64,000 nt of DNA from an uncultured Gammaproteobacteria bacterium (GCA_964531275.1 CAZHDZ010000002.1:58180-122179), one strand, 5' to 3'; positions 24,001-28,902 are shown, counted from the stretch's first letter. Program-made: numbers and translations. Notes: generated by a model not told the origin, from the letters alone.

Positions 24001-24781
24001 GGTTGCAGGATTGACTGAAGCAAATGACTTGATTTCTTCAGGGTCTGCTATTCCTTCTTCAGTTAATGTCACATCAAGTGCACAGCTTGGAGATGAGATC
24101 GAGGCTTACAATCTTACAGTTAAGGATTCATTTACATCGCTTGGTCTTTCATATCTTGGAGGAACATCTATTTCTGGAGACGTTACTGTTGCTGGAACAT
24201 CATATCTATCAGACACAAGCATTGTCGGCGTTGTGACAATTGATGACATAACTCTTACAGAAAGCTCAATTAATGTTAAAGGTGTTGCCGATGAGAATGG
24301 CGTTATCTCTGGCGGAACTCTATTTATCCAGAATTCACCACTTGCAGGAAGCATTGATCTCTTCAATGGAGGTGTAACAATTCAAAAAGATGGAACAATT
24401 TCAGCGAGAGGAAATGTTAAGGTTGAAGGTGACCTAAATGTTGAAGGTGCAATTACAACTACAGCAATTGCTGGAGAGAATATCAAGGCACATGACGCTT
24501 TGTATGTAGCCTCAGACGGAATTGTTAAGAAAGCTGACAGTAGTTTTGCAGACCGTACAAATGTAATTGGAGTAGCTGCAAAAGACGCCAAGAAAGGGGC
24601 CAAAGTTACAGTAATAATTGGTGGAAAGGCAAAGGGCTATCAAGGACTCGATGCAGGAGTGAAATACTACCTCACAACCAGTGGACAAATGACCCCGACT
24701 CTTCCTTTAAGCCAGGAGAATGCAGTCACTATTGGAGTTGCTTTCTCAGAGACTGAGTTGGTGATACAGACGGGAAGATGA
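2..24781 (+). CDS. Giant (>8250 aa, 5'-truncated by window) Gly/Thr/Ala/Asn-rich repetitive surface/fibre protein with two C-terminal peptidase-G2-like intramolecular chaperone domains
   Basis: The frame is open from base 2 (TQDVTYTLPLDDGSNNYVLTTDGSGLLSW), so the true start lies upstream of the window. It has 15 LCx(8-10)C...LQxAYxxGNTI modules and many GDxAVNGGDxTT / TTLNIGGAATT beta repeats. Two D(F/I)AE...PIALAGRVPVKVxxENGxIKxGDAL...PGxAMKA...G domains, a coiled coil and a small terminal domain follow. Confidence 0.9.
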   Translation, partial: TQDVTYTLPLDDGSNNYVLTTDGSGLLSWQSASGVGAGTITAVGNVLSGTAFTGSDSLSNKGNTLVFEGSTSVDDANDITLTASNPVSSIIFTLPDLGTNGTFAFLEGLQTFTGAKTFNDITIADTNIPLSGGNTTLDVTGGATRTLTLLNSTGGQVADFDLSDGSLLTAGTSRLTNAGALQNITGYSQSSGNFSQSGSGSFSTGTGAVSLNGATTTSTTLVVGTTLTTGGSASVSGNLTLEGAGRSIQTTENNTLTLGGATTGNIDLNENTYILGSNTFSVGTGLTSLGGAINVTGVATFDNNITQTGSSTFSTGTGNVTLNGNTTVSTGVSLTANGPVALDPDGGNDIVLTTAFGSGSYLQIIGLDTQTGTQLCIDGSNQVVKCSAGSTTLQGAYDGGNTITTANSRDIAINLAGNENLTATTSAGSNGYTSFALANGSNPNPPSQLVLIDNQDTNEALPAGLRIKSAGGGITTAIDLSDSDIVNALSLGANDVTATSFAITGSNGNISTNGTLTALGDINANSGVVATTQTTASLFNSTVTNLSVGNAATTLSLGAGTGTTTVNNALNVTGLSTFNAGATIPSGQTLTANGPVVINPNLGNDITLTTDYVAGSDLYVPGLETPGTAGTALCIETGTDRVTKCSASTFTLQGAYDGGNTILTTGGRDIEFDLASDDNFAITTVAGSVSYSAFALADGSNSAPAGQLILVENQDLNEVLASGIKVQSAAGAITNALDLSDAEIVNAISFGLNNIDGTNFDVTGSNGNVTTAGDIAINGGNLTTTQAAFNIFNTGVATLNIGGDATAISLGDGTSVTTINDDLVVSGGVLDALSALARVDSLQVGGGYGSTGTTITNAGNISTNGTLTVDGISTLTGSITTAGDIAVNGGNVTTTAGTAYLFNSGATTLNIGGAATTLSLGASTGTTTVNNNLTVSGLILANGGITIPAGEELAASGSASFAPDFTNDITFNTDSDSTIILNGIGTGSGNSLCREAGTNNLVECSASSITLQSAYNGGNTISTSGGRDIAFTLSNTNFSATAAAGTNSFSQFALANGSNANPAGQVVLVENLDTDQAIASGIRIQAASGGITNALDLSDPEIVNALSLGANDITATNFSITGSTGAFATSDSITASGDINANSGTIASNQAAGFLFNAGVSNLSIGEDASTISLGDATGTITINNQTLALPNATSITAAGAGLTIGSVTVGGGYGTTGTTLSGNGDIQTNGALTVDGISQLSGNVTTNGDLAVNGGNITSTQTTANLFNATVTTLNIGSAATTVSLGANTGTTTVNNNLAVSDALTVGQLATFNGGATISNGERFLASGSAEFNPSGSNDVSIAVSYSAGSYLHITGLDTQTGTTLCIDGSSNVVRCSAASITLQSAYDGGNTISTTGGRNIAYVLANDDDFTVTTPAGSTGQSIFSLANGGATSPSELILVSNNDVDTTIANGITINSAGGVITDALDLSDSEIVNALNLGANDITSSNFTLTGSNGNISTNGTITATGDITTTGNLAVNGGNITTTSTGTAEVFNSNATALNIGGAAGTISIGNGTSVTTVNDDLVVSGGALDALSALARVDGLQVGGGYGSTGTTITNAGNISTNGTLTVDGISTLTGSITTAGDIAVNGGNVTTTAGTAYLFNSGATTLNIGGAATAITLGATTGTTTVRNNLSVLGSANVTGFSTFNDRTTITNGQQFNASGSANFSPNIDNDVVINTDADSFLTLNGLTTPGIAGDALCVDASNNVTKCSTNSVTLQSAYNGGNTISTSGGRDIAFTLNNTNFSATAAAGTNSFSQFALANGSNANPAGQVVLVENLDTDEAIASGIRIQAASGGITNALDLSDPEIVNALSLGANNVVATNFSIAGSTGSITTAGDIAVNGGNVTTTNTTAALFNTNATTLSIGGAATTLTLGNAAGTTAVAGGLTVGGGYGSTGVTLSSAGVIQANGALTVDGISTLTGSVTTAGDIAVNGGNVTTTAGTAYLFDTNATTLNIGGAATAITLGATTGTTTVRNNLSVLGSANVTGFATFNDRTTVTNGQQFNASGSANFSPNIDNDVVINTDADSFLTLNGLTTPGTAGSTLCVDASNNVTKCSASSITLQSAYNGGNTISTSGGRDIAFTLNNTNFSATAAAGTNSFSQFALANGSNANPAGQVVLVENLDTDEAIASGIRIQAASGGITNALDLSDPEIVNALSLGANNITATNFSITGSNGDVTTNGSVTAAGDINANSGVIATTQTTGTIFNVGVTNLSIGNDATTLSLGDSTGTTTINNNLTVSGTALDALSALARVSSLQVGGGYAGGTGSTLATNGDVSLNGILTVDGTSTLTGDVTAAGDVAVNGGDITTTATTFNLLNATVTTLNIGGATTAYTVGGTAATGNIQGTTINLPQATVLSATSATAGFSVVNVGGGYAGGTGSTLATNGDASINGILTVDGASTLTGNVTATGDLAVNGGDLTTTASSFNLLTSPTTVNFATDATTLSIGDGTGTTTVNNALTITGATTANGNFTANAISTFNLTGGNDLTISTNNGSNSNLIITDLATTTGTTLCITGGNVVVKCAGAAAGLQASYDAGNTILTTGSRDIEFELDQNDNFTVTTIAGTTGHSIFALQDGTNTSPATQLILVENQDTDEAIASGITVTSAGGAITSGIDLSDTDIVDAIAIGANNINGSIFDVDGATGNITAGDIAVNGADITTTSTGTANVFNTNATTLNLGGVTTTYTLGGTAATGNIQGTTVNFPQATVLSATGATANINILNVGGGYGTTGATIATNGNISTNGTLTVDGISTLTGNVTATGDVAINGGDLTTTAGTFNLLASPTVLNIGAAATTLELGAGTGTTTVNNNLQVDGTTTSTGLITANAGATVSNGQTFQALGVSTFNPDSTNDVTFVTDGAGGSDVIFQNLAVQPGDNLCLEDGSDRIVICASSAISLQSAYDGGNTITTTPGLDIAFTLDDSNFSATVAAGTTAFSQFALQDGSNANPAGQIVLVENLDTDQAIANGIRIQSAAGGITNALDLSDPEIVNALSLGANNITATNFSVTGSNGNLSTNGTITAAGNINANSGTINTTQTTGNIFNSVATLNAGTSATTYTIGGTTATGNLRGTTINFPNATVIDGSLATAGFDVVNVGGGYAGGTGSTLATNGDVSLNGALTVDGISTLTGNVTATGDVAINGGDLTSTATTFNLLASPTTINFGAGATTGINIGNAAGLVTLANDVTINGDALDALSALARVDSLQVGGGYGTTGVTITNAGTIQANGNLTVDGTSQLTGNVTATGDVAVNGGDLTTTASSFNLLASPTTLTIGAAASTLTLGVNSGTATINNTTLSLPNASTINATGATANLSVVNVGGGYSGGSGSTLYTNGDASINGILTVDGASTLTGDVTATGDLAVNGGDLTTTAGTFNLLASPTVLNIGAGATTLNLGATTGTTTVRNNLKVSLVDNSPDALDIEQNGDNYINVDTTDGSEAIAFGSTAVAPTYTFLGSGLTTMGGNLNVNGGTLASSQATVNLFNAAPTTTVNAFGNASAITIGANNSGTLTVRNDVVTFASADTFNATSATANINILNVGGGYGTTGATIATTGDISTNGTLTVDGISTLTGDVTATGDVAINGGDLTTTASSFNLLASPTTINFGAAASTLNIGAITGTTTIRNWLTVNGASTFNGNVIVADNRSFDASGAATFTPSGSNDITFAVDDASGSFINITGLDTTAGTTLCLDGSNNLVLCAGATLSLQNAYAGGNTISTTGDDIEFILNGSDNFTVTTTAGATGGSVFALADGSNATPPTQLVLVENQDTNETLTSGIAVSSAGGAITSGIDLTDTDIVDAIAIGANNINGSIFDVDGATGNITAGDIAVNGADITTTSTGTANVFNTNATTLNLGGVTTTYTLGGTAATGNIQGTTVNFPQATVLSATGATANINILNVGGGYGTTGATIATNGNISTNGTLTVDGISTLTGNVTATGDLAVNGGDLTTTAASFALLDTTATQIDFAGAAALLTIGAGTGTTTLDNNLTVNLVDANADALDIQEGTRNYINVNTSNGSENISFGNATTNPSYSFLGSGTTTFTGPATANGALNANGVSTFNPTTSGDVNFVMDEAAGSYINIVGLDTVSGDPLCLDGSENLVLCAGASLSLQNAYNGGNTISTTGSSIAFTLNSADNFSVTTAAGATGYSVFALADGSNATPPTQLVLVENQDTNQAITNGIRVISSGGAITNGIDLSDTDIVNALNLGANDITASSFSITGSSGNITTAGDLAVNGADITTTSTGTAYVFDTNATALNIGGAAGAISIGNSTSTTTVNDDLTVTGNAFDALAALARVDSLQVGGGYGTSGVTITNAGTIQANGNLTVDGTSQLTGNVTATGDVAVNGGDLTTTASSFNLLASPTTLTIGAAASTLTLGVNSGTATINNTTLSLPNASTINATGATANLSVVNVGGGYSGGSGSTLATNGDVSLNGALTVDGISTLTGDVSAIGDIDIDGGDITTTQTSFNLLNANATTVNFAGDATTLNIGDGAGVTTLNNNLRANLRSNTADALDIQQGSDNYINISTLTSTENISFGNAVINPTYSFLGTGATTFNGDVNINSGTIQSNQGTINVFNTTSTGVNAFGAATTLTLGATSGTATVRNSTLSLPNARVGIGTASPLTSLHVVRPLTLPVNGKAAVIVDQLENQDIFTASASGTTRFTVSNAGNVVASGDLAVNGTGTADITSTNTQASLFNTTVTNLSIGGAATTVSLGVGGGTTTVNSALTSTGLITANAGATIASGQTLLAQGVSTFTPNLTNDVTINTDSDSSLIITGLTDVTGSILCVSSNVVGTCDATSQSLQAAYDNGNTIDTNDSSDIAFTLMNTAADSNFTVTTEQGGSGYTHLALEDGTNNVAPPAQLLRIENQDTDDILAAGIKVESEAGLIATGIDLSDTEINDAISIGANDIEGTNFDVDGSNGNIVTAGTLAVNGGTISTTQTAGTIFSTPTNVSLGAAATTFTLGANNAGTFNVRNDTVTFSAADTFNATSATANVNVLTTGGGYGSTGTTIGATGDIQTKGALTVDGISTLTGNVTATGDVAVNGGDLTTTASTFNLLASPTTVNLGAGTTTALNLGNASGTTNVLGNLTIASGKTLLAQGASTFTPSGTNDVTINTNPGGTAYFIINNLAGVTGSALCTETSTNIVGTCNASSQSLQAAYDNGNTIATTNSRDIAFTLTNDTTDSKFSVTTATGSTAGVEFLRADGAGTADPTQQVLIQNLDSNRALPVGLKVAGVTGGDVTVAVDLSDSNIVSALSLGANDIIATNFGITGSNGNITTSGAVAINSGNLTTTNTSANVFDTNATGVNAFGAATTLNIGAGSGTATINNATISFPTASAINAAGAALAVDSIAVGGGYGGSGIDLTAAGDISADGALTIDGTSQLTGSVTTGGDLAVNGAGTADITTTNTGTATLFNTTATTVNIAGGATSAVNVGNASGTVNINGNLVMGSSRSITSTGPVSFTPNSTNSVTITGDTDSFLTLVGVQPASGSTPILCLDGSSHVVTCDNTAILSLQSAYGYGNTIDTTSARDIEFNLTTAGTDSSFAITTEAGATGFTNISLEDGTNTAPPAQLVLINNEDSNEALPAGLVISSTGGGAVTTALDVSDPAILTAISLGGNDITGSVFDVDGATGDTTVGDIAVNGNDITTTQVAAANIFNTNANAINLGGVAATYTIGATTATGNLRGTTINFPNATSIVANGATANISALEVGGGYSGASGVSLSTTGDIQANGALTIDGISTLTGNVTATGDVAINGGDLTTTATTFNLLASPATVNFAAGASTAVNVGHASGTTNILGNLSIASTKSFTSQGAATFTPTGTTDVTINTDSDSSLILVGMNDVTGAAICIENSTNVIGTCDAASQSLQTAYDNGNTILTTDARNLDFTLDATSTDPNFLIKTAAGGQGNTQFSLEDGSNATSPTELVLIRNNDSNEALTSGLRMTSAGGAITTALDVSASQIGTALSFGGNDISGTAFSVTGSNGNITSSGDIAINGNDITTTTAAGANIFNTNATSVNIGGAATAYSIGGSSATGHLRGTSVIFDDATTIDATLATINGSILTSGGGYTNTGVTLAANGDVSADGILTVGGAASITGAVTLTNDIAVNGGDLTSTATTFNLLASPTTINFGAGASTAINIGNTAGTTTVNSNLTVASGKTLLAQGVSTFTPSSTNDVTINTDADSSFIVTSLTDVTGDNVCVDGTGVIGTCDSASSSLQAAYDAGNNITTTSSRDIEFDLSTTGTDSSFVVSTLAGATGSTLFNLEDGSNATPPQQLVLINNADTNEPLAAGLKITAAAGGITTGIDVSDPDVVIGISLGASNIDGTSFDVTGSSGNITSSGDLALHGGDITTTNTTATVFDTAATTVNAFGVASTLILGANNSGTATIRNQTISFPSATAVNATSATGNFSALTTGGGYASTGTSISAAGVIQTKGALTVDGISTLTGAVTAEAGITIDGATQSNLIAAKSTANLFNTTATTINFGAAATTGINIGASGGTIAIAGPVTIANGQTLTANGAATIGDGGDAIALSGTTVSLTANGAGNDITANLVDANTDALDIQQGTDNYININTTNGSENISFGNTGTNPSFSFLGSGTTTMGGNLAVNGGTISTTQTSGTIFASPTTLSIGTAATTFSLGAGSGTTTINNGLTVSGATTNIASTAINLTGNSTVLDMTGTGTLGINTTTDRAVTFGAGAFTVESNSINLSGTAPAIAATTNATNLTINAGTTGLVQIGGTSTGNLELGGGSGSTGCTLTNNTGDFACSGGITTTDTTGTVNFGFWTKDFNTGIISPVTGTDVLAITSSSTTNGALSLTTSALQSSGVAGFNNAVTITGTAGSSTYYGQRLTLTNSGTTNANTAYGQHISFVGAGSLANTMTGLYVDVTTANASDTTYAAAFMNGNVGIGDASPTAPLTVGSGDLFQVAATGNVTFNYTTPTVTFGNGGTLAFRDGTSDILRLQDWNTSQTFLRVGAHGTTNGAIFFGSSGAGTMEPSISASASGNLWVQAPGGTTIVGSGIGDITINPGTGTNQVYVNLNTGGSGTGDFNVRTNGTSFLTLSEVGASTFTQPINQKVTVSAPGTTLGSTTGVTGGVFDINADTSTANTVGMTIDFTSNDGGASGSDLYAQRINLIQNDADSNLFGLHIGLAATSATIGDSKLVDCLLCLQNLENQSGAIESAIRIRGTAAAGAITNGLNMSGATDITNDIVLQNGEVIDNNTNGTVAVTATSTTFSGDITVTGNDITFGNAETISNGTNGRITVGGADLALSSTTGDIIFGNGETIDNDTNGVVNINGRVQFDATSDDNERLCHTGADGASLTNILLEDCTVSGEDFAEWAIVGTPTAEPGDLVYVVGNLPSDPTLTLKDLTTTQYQSSVSGIISTNPFIDILGDEQYKGKPNAKPIALAGRVPVKVSTENGNIKVGDALVASSIPGVAMKATQKGMIIGFAEEDYDGTTRVSAQVLKQEEVFNSDLDDRTEYHSNPAAWDSSVGKIMTSINSFFYDPNYATAYTGNEDWNHTGDFTVSQTLFAYDVAFGIGGELTVDGAGSLSTTGSITSSALTSQTANFGDAAQFAIDENGNATTSGSLTFDAAVLSSETNNFVSRLTLDTNENNDPTKFVFKNAAGLELLGLDSNGNATIAGTLTTMVGNYDIAEDYPTRDNTIEAGDIVSADRVLDGFVSKSNTAYDKTVIGIYSEKPGFRLSQAGGTINGERAIPIALAGRVPVKVNNENGPIKKGDALTTSSTPGYAMKAVKAGQIIGKALEDFNGTTGKVLTFVNVSFADPQNILERIALDSDNNIAISKVSSDAVKLPANLTIAGKEINGTLTDALLAVGNEITNVKTGISSLETAVLGLDTKANALEEKVLTLEEQQASTAAELARTIDGTNELDSRVSSTSASLSDLNSRLDALLSQIASGSTSASGSAIGTGSASYNELVAGLTEANDLISSGSAIPSSVNVTSSAQLGDEIEAYNLTVKDSFTSLGLSYLGGTSISGDVTVAGTSYLSDTSIVGVVTIDDITLTESSINVKGVADENGVISGGTLFIQNSPLAGSIDLFNGGVTIQKDGTISARGNVKVEGDLNVEGAITTTAIAGENIKAHDALYVASDGIVKKADSSFADRTNVIGVAAKDAKKGAKVTVIIGGKAKGYQGLDAGVKYYLTTSGQMTPTLPLSQENAVTIGVAFSETELVIQTGR
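4880..6620 (+). repeat. Tandem module duplication (~700 bp highly similar at offset 1038) within the giant gene
   Basis: ~4880-5580 and ~5920-6620 are nearly identical in protein (RNNLSVLGSANVTGF...NGQQFNASGSANFSPNIDNDVVINTDADSFL). ~3020-3330 is a third related copy of the 3' part. Confidence 0.8.
7998..8430 (+). repeat. 433-bp direct repeat, copy 1 (copy 2 at 11520-11952)
   Basis: The sequence appears identical at offset 3522. The alternate-frame ORFs 8181-8387 and 11703-11909 translate identically. Confidence 0.9.
9737..10119 (+). repeat. ~383-bp near-identical direct repeat, copy 1 (copy 2 at 13022-13404)
   Basis: Offset 3285, with only a handful of mismatches. Confidence 0.85.
11520..11952 (+). 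repeat. 433-bp direct repeat, copy 2
   Basis: Matches 7998-8430. Confidence 0.9.
13022..13404 (+). repeat. ~383-bp near-identical direct repeat, copy 2
   Basis: Matches 9737-10119. Confidence 0.85.
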
Positions 24782-24977
24782 CGCTTCGATTAATTGATTA
24801 AAGGATTAACTGATCAAGTGAAATACTTTTATCTTTGTTTTGCTTCGGGGTTTATATAGTTCAGCTAATCGCTAGCATTAATCAGTTTATCAAGACTTGA
24901 GGTTCAATCGATTAATCATTCAGTCAGCAATTCGAAATTAATCATTAATCAATTAATCTTGAGGATAATCAAAGCAG

Positions 24978-25970
24978 TTATTGTTTGATCTTTCGAGAGT
25001 CCACTTCTTCATAAACCAATTTAGAAATTTCTCCAATTGTTTTGACAAGTTCATCCATCTTTTCCCCTCTTGTCATAATACATATCAAATAAGGATTTTG
25101 AGGATAATAGATAATCCCGCAATCGTGGAATTGTCTTTCGTTTACGTCTAGTAATTCCCTTTCGCCAAACTTATGAGCAACTTTAACATTCTGGGGTATA
25201 CCACTTGGCAGCCCATCTTTATATTTTGTTTGCGCTAAAAGGTTTAGGGCCTTTTCAGAATTTTCAAAAGAAAGATAGCTCCCGTTATAGAGCTGTCTGA
25301 ATAGGGATGAGTATGTTCTCACGGTGAATGTGCTTTCAGTCGGATCCTCCGGGTTAATTAGACCTAGCTCCTGCATAGTTTTTACATAAACGTTAACATT
25401 TGGGTATAGTCTTAATAGGAACTTGTCAAGGAGTCCATAAGCGAGATTATCAGAATAAATTATCATGCGAGAAAGCAGTTCGTCCACCGGGTAAAGTTTA
25501 TTAATTTCTATTTCTTCTTCCGGTTTTATTTGAGGTATTGTTGTATTCCTTACTTCAATGAACTTTGTCTTTTTTGCTAATAGGGCTGGATCAGATTCTG
25601 ACAAGTTAAGATATGTTATTAGCATTGGAAGCTTTAGAAGGCTTGCTGGTGCGAAGTCGACATCTTCATCAATTCCAAAGGTTGGTCCTTGAACGAGATC
25701 TCGAAAGTAAACGGATACATGGCTAACTTTTCCTTCTTTCTGTTTTTTTAGAATGTATTCTTGAAGTCGAAACGTAAATTGTGTATAGAGATTTTTGCTA
25801 ATTATTAGTTTCGTTTTGCAGTCGAGTTGCTCATTCAGATACTCATATGTATTAGGGCAATCAGAGTCTGCTGATGAACTATCAACTTTATTGATGCCTC
25901 TGAATTGGTACCCAATTAGTAGTCCTGCAAGTAAAACAAGAATTCCTAGAACTATTACTTTTACATTCAT
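24978..25970 (-). CDS. Class A beta-lactamase-related serine hydrolase (PBP-like), N-terminal membrane anchor
   Basis: SxxK (ASLLK), SDN and K(T/F)G-type (AHKFG) motifs; HDCGIIY...PYLICIMT. Confidence 0.85.
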   Translation of the reverse strand: MNVKVIVLGILVLLAGLLIGYQFRGINKVDSSSADSDCPNTYEYLNEQLDCKTKLIISKNLYTQFTFRLQEYILKKQKEGKVSHVSVYFRDLVQGPTFGIDEDVDFAPASLLKLPMLITYLNLSESDPALLAKKTKFIEVRNTTIPQIKPEEEIEINKLYPVDELLSRMIIYSDNLAYGLLDKFLLRLYPNVNVYVKTMQELGLINPEDPTESTFTVRTYSSLFRQLYNGSYLSFENSEKALNLLAQTKYKDGLPSGIPQNVKVAHKFGERELLDVNERQFHDCGIIYYPQNPYLICIMTRGEKMDELVKTIGEISKLVYEEVDSRKIKQ

Positions 25971-26175
25971 GCCTATATTTCAATTTTACGTCTAGTATGT
26001 AAGAACGCAATATGCCAGTTGCGTTCCTTACATCAAACCAGTCTAAGCGAGATAGCTACCTTACAGTTCTGCTGAGATACGTATTACGAGTATAAAGAAA
26101 TTGTTGGTCAAGATTTTCGACACTTGCTGTTTTTGCTCTTGTTTTTCCCAAATGAGATTTTGTAGTCGTAAAGCG

Positions 26176-28797
26176 TTAGTTGAGGGTTATTATAAGCCGT
26201 GGTGTTGCTCCACTTTCTTTTGTTCCAAATTCTACTCTACCGTTTTGGCCCTCGTCGGTCTTTTTGAGTACCCACCCGTAATTATTTGTCCCGTTCATAA
26301 ATGATTGTATGTCACTTGTGACGTCAATTTCTACTTCTCCACTCTGGTTATTAGTTATTGTTGTGGATGACGTTGGGTTAGCAACAAATGGCCATGAAGG
26401 GCTGTTGGTCATATTCCAAGATGGACTACAGTTATCGCTTTGATTGGCTATATTTGTATCGACAGCACAACTCCAAGTTGTGCCGGATCCTGTCCCTCTG
26501 TAATTGCCATTTCCATTTCCTTCTGTCCATGTCGATGTCAATCTATGAAGGTCTACTGTCCTTCCACTATTTCCCCAATTATTGCCGTTGTCAGAAATTG
26601 TGAAGTATAGCTTTGCGGAATAAGTTGTTGAGGTGCCAATGGCATCTGCAATTTCAGATTGACTGAATTGTACAAGGCCACGATTCTTGCCGGATGATTG
26701 AAGTCTCATCATTGTAGCGGCTCCTTCATTTTCATTCTGACTACCCTGCTTAATATAGGAATCCGAGATTGGGTAGAGCGTGACTGGCTCTGTCTGCCCC
26801 ACATTTACAGTTACTGTTGCAGAACTGTTACCTGTTGCATTCTGATCGTCAGTTATTTTTATGGTAACTTCATATACACCCGGAGTGTTATATTGATGTG
26901 TTAATTCGAAATTAAAACCATCAATAGCTAAAGGCTCATCTCCATTCCCCTCTCCATAGTCAACGGTTCCTGTCCATGAGGTCGAATCAGAGTCAGTGAA
27001 AGAACCAGATTCTGAATAAGTCTGCTCTTCTTCGATTGTTGAGCCAGTAAGTGCTTGTATTACCGGAGCTTCATTTGTTGCGCCCACAACAATGGTGGCC
27101 GTAGCTTCACCGGTTTGATTTTTGTTGTCTTTTACTTTTACTGTAACTGTATAAATACCTGGATTATCGTATTGGTGATTTAGGCTAAAGCTATATGCGT
27201 TTAGAAGAAGTGGTTCTTCTCCTCCTCCATCTCCATAATTAACTGTAGCTACCCAAGGGTAAGCCGTTTCGTCTTCAAAGTAACCATCTTCAGAATATGA
27301 AAATCCTGGATCAATATGCGAACCATTGAGGGGAAAAATTTCTGGAGCTACATTTGGTGGGGGTGTTATGTAAGTGCTCTCGGGAAAGTTAAAATTTACA
27401 GGTTGGGTTTGGGCAACAATATCATTAAGAACATTCCTGTATATTACTCTTACGAGTTGATTAGTCTCAGTAGCAATTTCTTCGCTGAAGGCTTTACAGT
27501 TATTGAGATCATTTAAGGAATTAACTCTAGTGCTGTAAAAAAATGTGTCTTCAGATTCAACACTACACTCAAGGCCGCTACTTGGGAAAGTAAGGAGTGG
27601 TAGTGTTTTAAACGTGACATTGTTGCAAGGTGCATGAAATTGATAATTATTAACTTCAGGGCAATCAGCGGCACCTCCTGTTTCTGGATCATTGTAGGCA
27701 ATATTTTCAAGAGATAACTGAATAGGATTCTCCACATGTACATAGACGGTTGCTTGGCTCCCTTCCAAATTTCGATAATTCGTAGAGTTTTCATTGTCCG
27801 TTATTGCGACTTGCACAGAAAAAGCTCCGGTATCGCCAAAAGAATCGTACGTGTGACTTAACTGGATAGCGTTACCAACAATTTCGATTGGTTCAAAACC
27901 AGCTCCTTCACCATAATCAACTCTTGCCGTCCAGCTAGAAGAATCAGGATCTGAGAAGTTTACCGTTTGTTCATAAGTATCACCTTCAAAGATTGAATCA
28001 CCAAGAAAAGCGTTTACAATGGGTCTTTCGCTCAAACTAAAATTATCACTTCTGCCAATAATTGTTTTGCCAGTGCTATCCGAATTGTATTTTGCTATAA
28101 AAATATAGTAGTTACCAGCTGGAATATTTGGATTTTCCCCAAACTGACAACGATTAATATTTGGAATGTTCGTATTGCTTGTATTGTGCATTCCCCCTTT
28201 TGCAACTAATTGATTGGTTGAAGAGCTATAAATGTCACAGGTGTAACCATTCGAATTTACTAAAATTGGCAGGCTTTCGGTAAGCTGAACATCCAAAAAT
28301 CCGTCATATGTAAATTCAAAACTATCAATGTCAATATTTGGACTAATTGAGGTCGGTAACTCATAATTTACACTAATTGTAGGAGCAGTAAAAGAATGGT
28401 CTTGGTTGTCTGCTGCAGTGAGGTTGGCTTTGTAATATCCGGAAATGTTTGCTAGGGAAGTTGCATTGTAGTCGCAATTTAAGTTAAAGTTTCTGGTTTG
28501 ATCACCTTTTGGAGGCGCATATGTGCATATGCCATCACTAAGTTGAGCTGTTTGTTGATTGTTGGACGGGGCAAAGCCATATGTACTGCTCCCACTAAGG
28601 ATAATTGCATTCACTGGAATCGGGGGATTAGGGCTTTCGCATGTAAATCCGAACTCGTGTTCAGTTTCTGTAAAATTGTGTACTTGATCAGGACTGCAAG
28701 AAAGATTAACTGTTGTTGCAAATTGAGGTGATGCAATTGTTAGAAATAATAAGGCAAAAAAGGAAAAGCTTATTGCTTTTGATAAATTTAAACTCAC
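26176..28797 (-). CDS. Secreted PKD-repeat protein with C-terminal DNRLRE/CBM96-like domain
   Basis: Signal peptide; three W-x-x-x-V(D/N)YG(E/D)G...LxHxY...GxxxVxVxIxD repeats; C-terminal DSYIKQG..N.NEG...RGLVQF...FGTKE...PRLII. Confidence 0.8.
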   Translation of the reverse strand: MSLNLSKAISFSFFALLFLTIASPQFATTVNLSCSPDQVHNFTETEHEFGFTCESPNPPIPVNAIILSGSSTYGFAPSNNQQTAQLSDGICTYAPPKGDQTRNFNLNCDYNATSLANISGYYKANLTAADNQDHSFTAPTISVNYELPTSISPNIDIDSFEFTYDGFLDVQLTESLPILVNSNGYTCDIYSSSTNQLVAKGGMHNTSNTNIPNINRCQFGENPNIPAGNYYIFIAKYNSDSTGKTIIGRSDNFSLSERPIVNAFLGDSIFEGDTYEQTVNFSDPDSSSWTARVDYGEGAGFEPIEIVGNAIQLSHTYDSFGDTGAFSVQVAITDNENSTNYRNLEGSQATVYVHVENPIQLSLENIAYNDPETGGAADCPEVNNYQFHAPCNNVTFKTLPLLTFPSSGLECSVESEDTFFYSTRVNSLNDLNNCKAFSEEIATETNQLVRVIYRNVLNDIVAQTQPVNFNFPESTYITPPPNVAPEIFPLNGSHIDPGFSYSEDGYFEDETAYPWVATVNYGDGGGEEPLLLNAYSFSLNHQYDNPGIYTVTVKVKDNKNQTGEATATIVVGATNEAPVIQALTGSTIEEEQTYSESGSFTDSDSTSWTGTVDYGEGNGDEPLAIDGFNFELTHQYNTPGVYEVTIKITDDQNATGNSSATVTVNVGQTEPVTLYPISDSYIKQGSQNENEGAATMMRLQSSGKNRGLVQFSQSEIADAIGTSTTYSAKLYFTISDNGNNWGNSGRTVDLHRLTSTWTEGNGNGNYRGTGSGTTWSCAVDTNIANQSDNCSPSWNMTNSPSWPFVANPTSSTTITNNQSGEVEIDVTSDIQSFMNGTNNYGWVLKKTDEGQNGRVEFGTKESGATPRLIITLN

Positions 28798-28902
28798 TAC
28801 CTAAAACTTATCATATGTCTATTTTTTGTCAATGTATCATTATTTTTCTATTAATTCTTGCACTATATATAGGTATGCTATACTGAATGTAACCTCAAAT
28901 TT

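Noticed and set aside
49-24603. Dozens of minus-strand and alternate-frame ORFs inside the giant gene
   Set aside because: Shadow ORFs caused by the biased Thr/Gly/Ala/Asn codon usage; Val/Pro-rich nonsense translations.
22187-24781. Prophage
   Set aside because: The phage-like domains are fused in-frame to the giant protein; no integrase, terminase, capsid or portal genes in the window.
24978-25970. Functional antibiotic-resistance beta-lactamase
   Set aside because: No evident omega-loop ExxLN motif, and KFG instead of KTG; more likely a PBP-like serine hydrolase.
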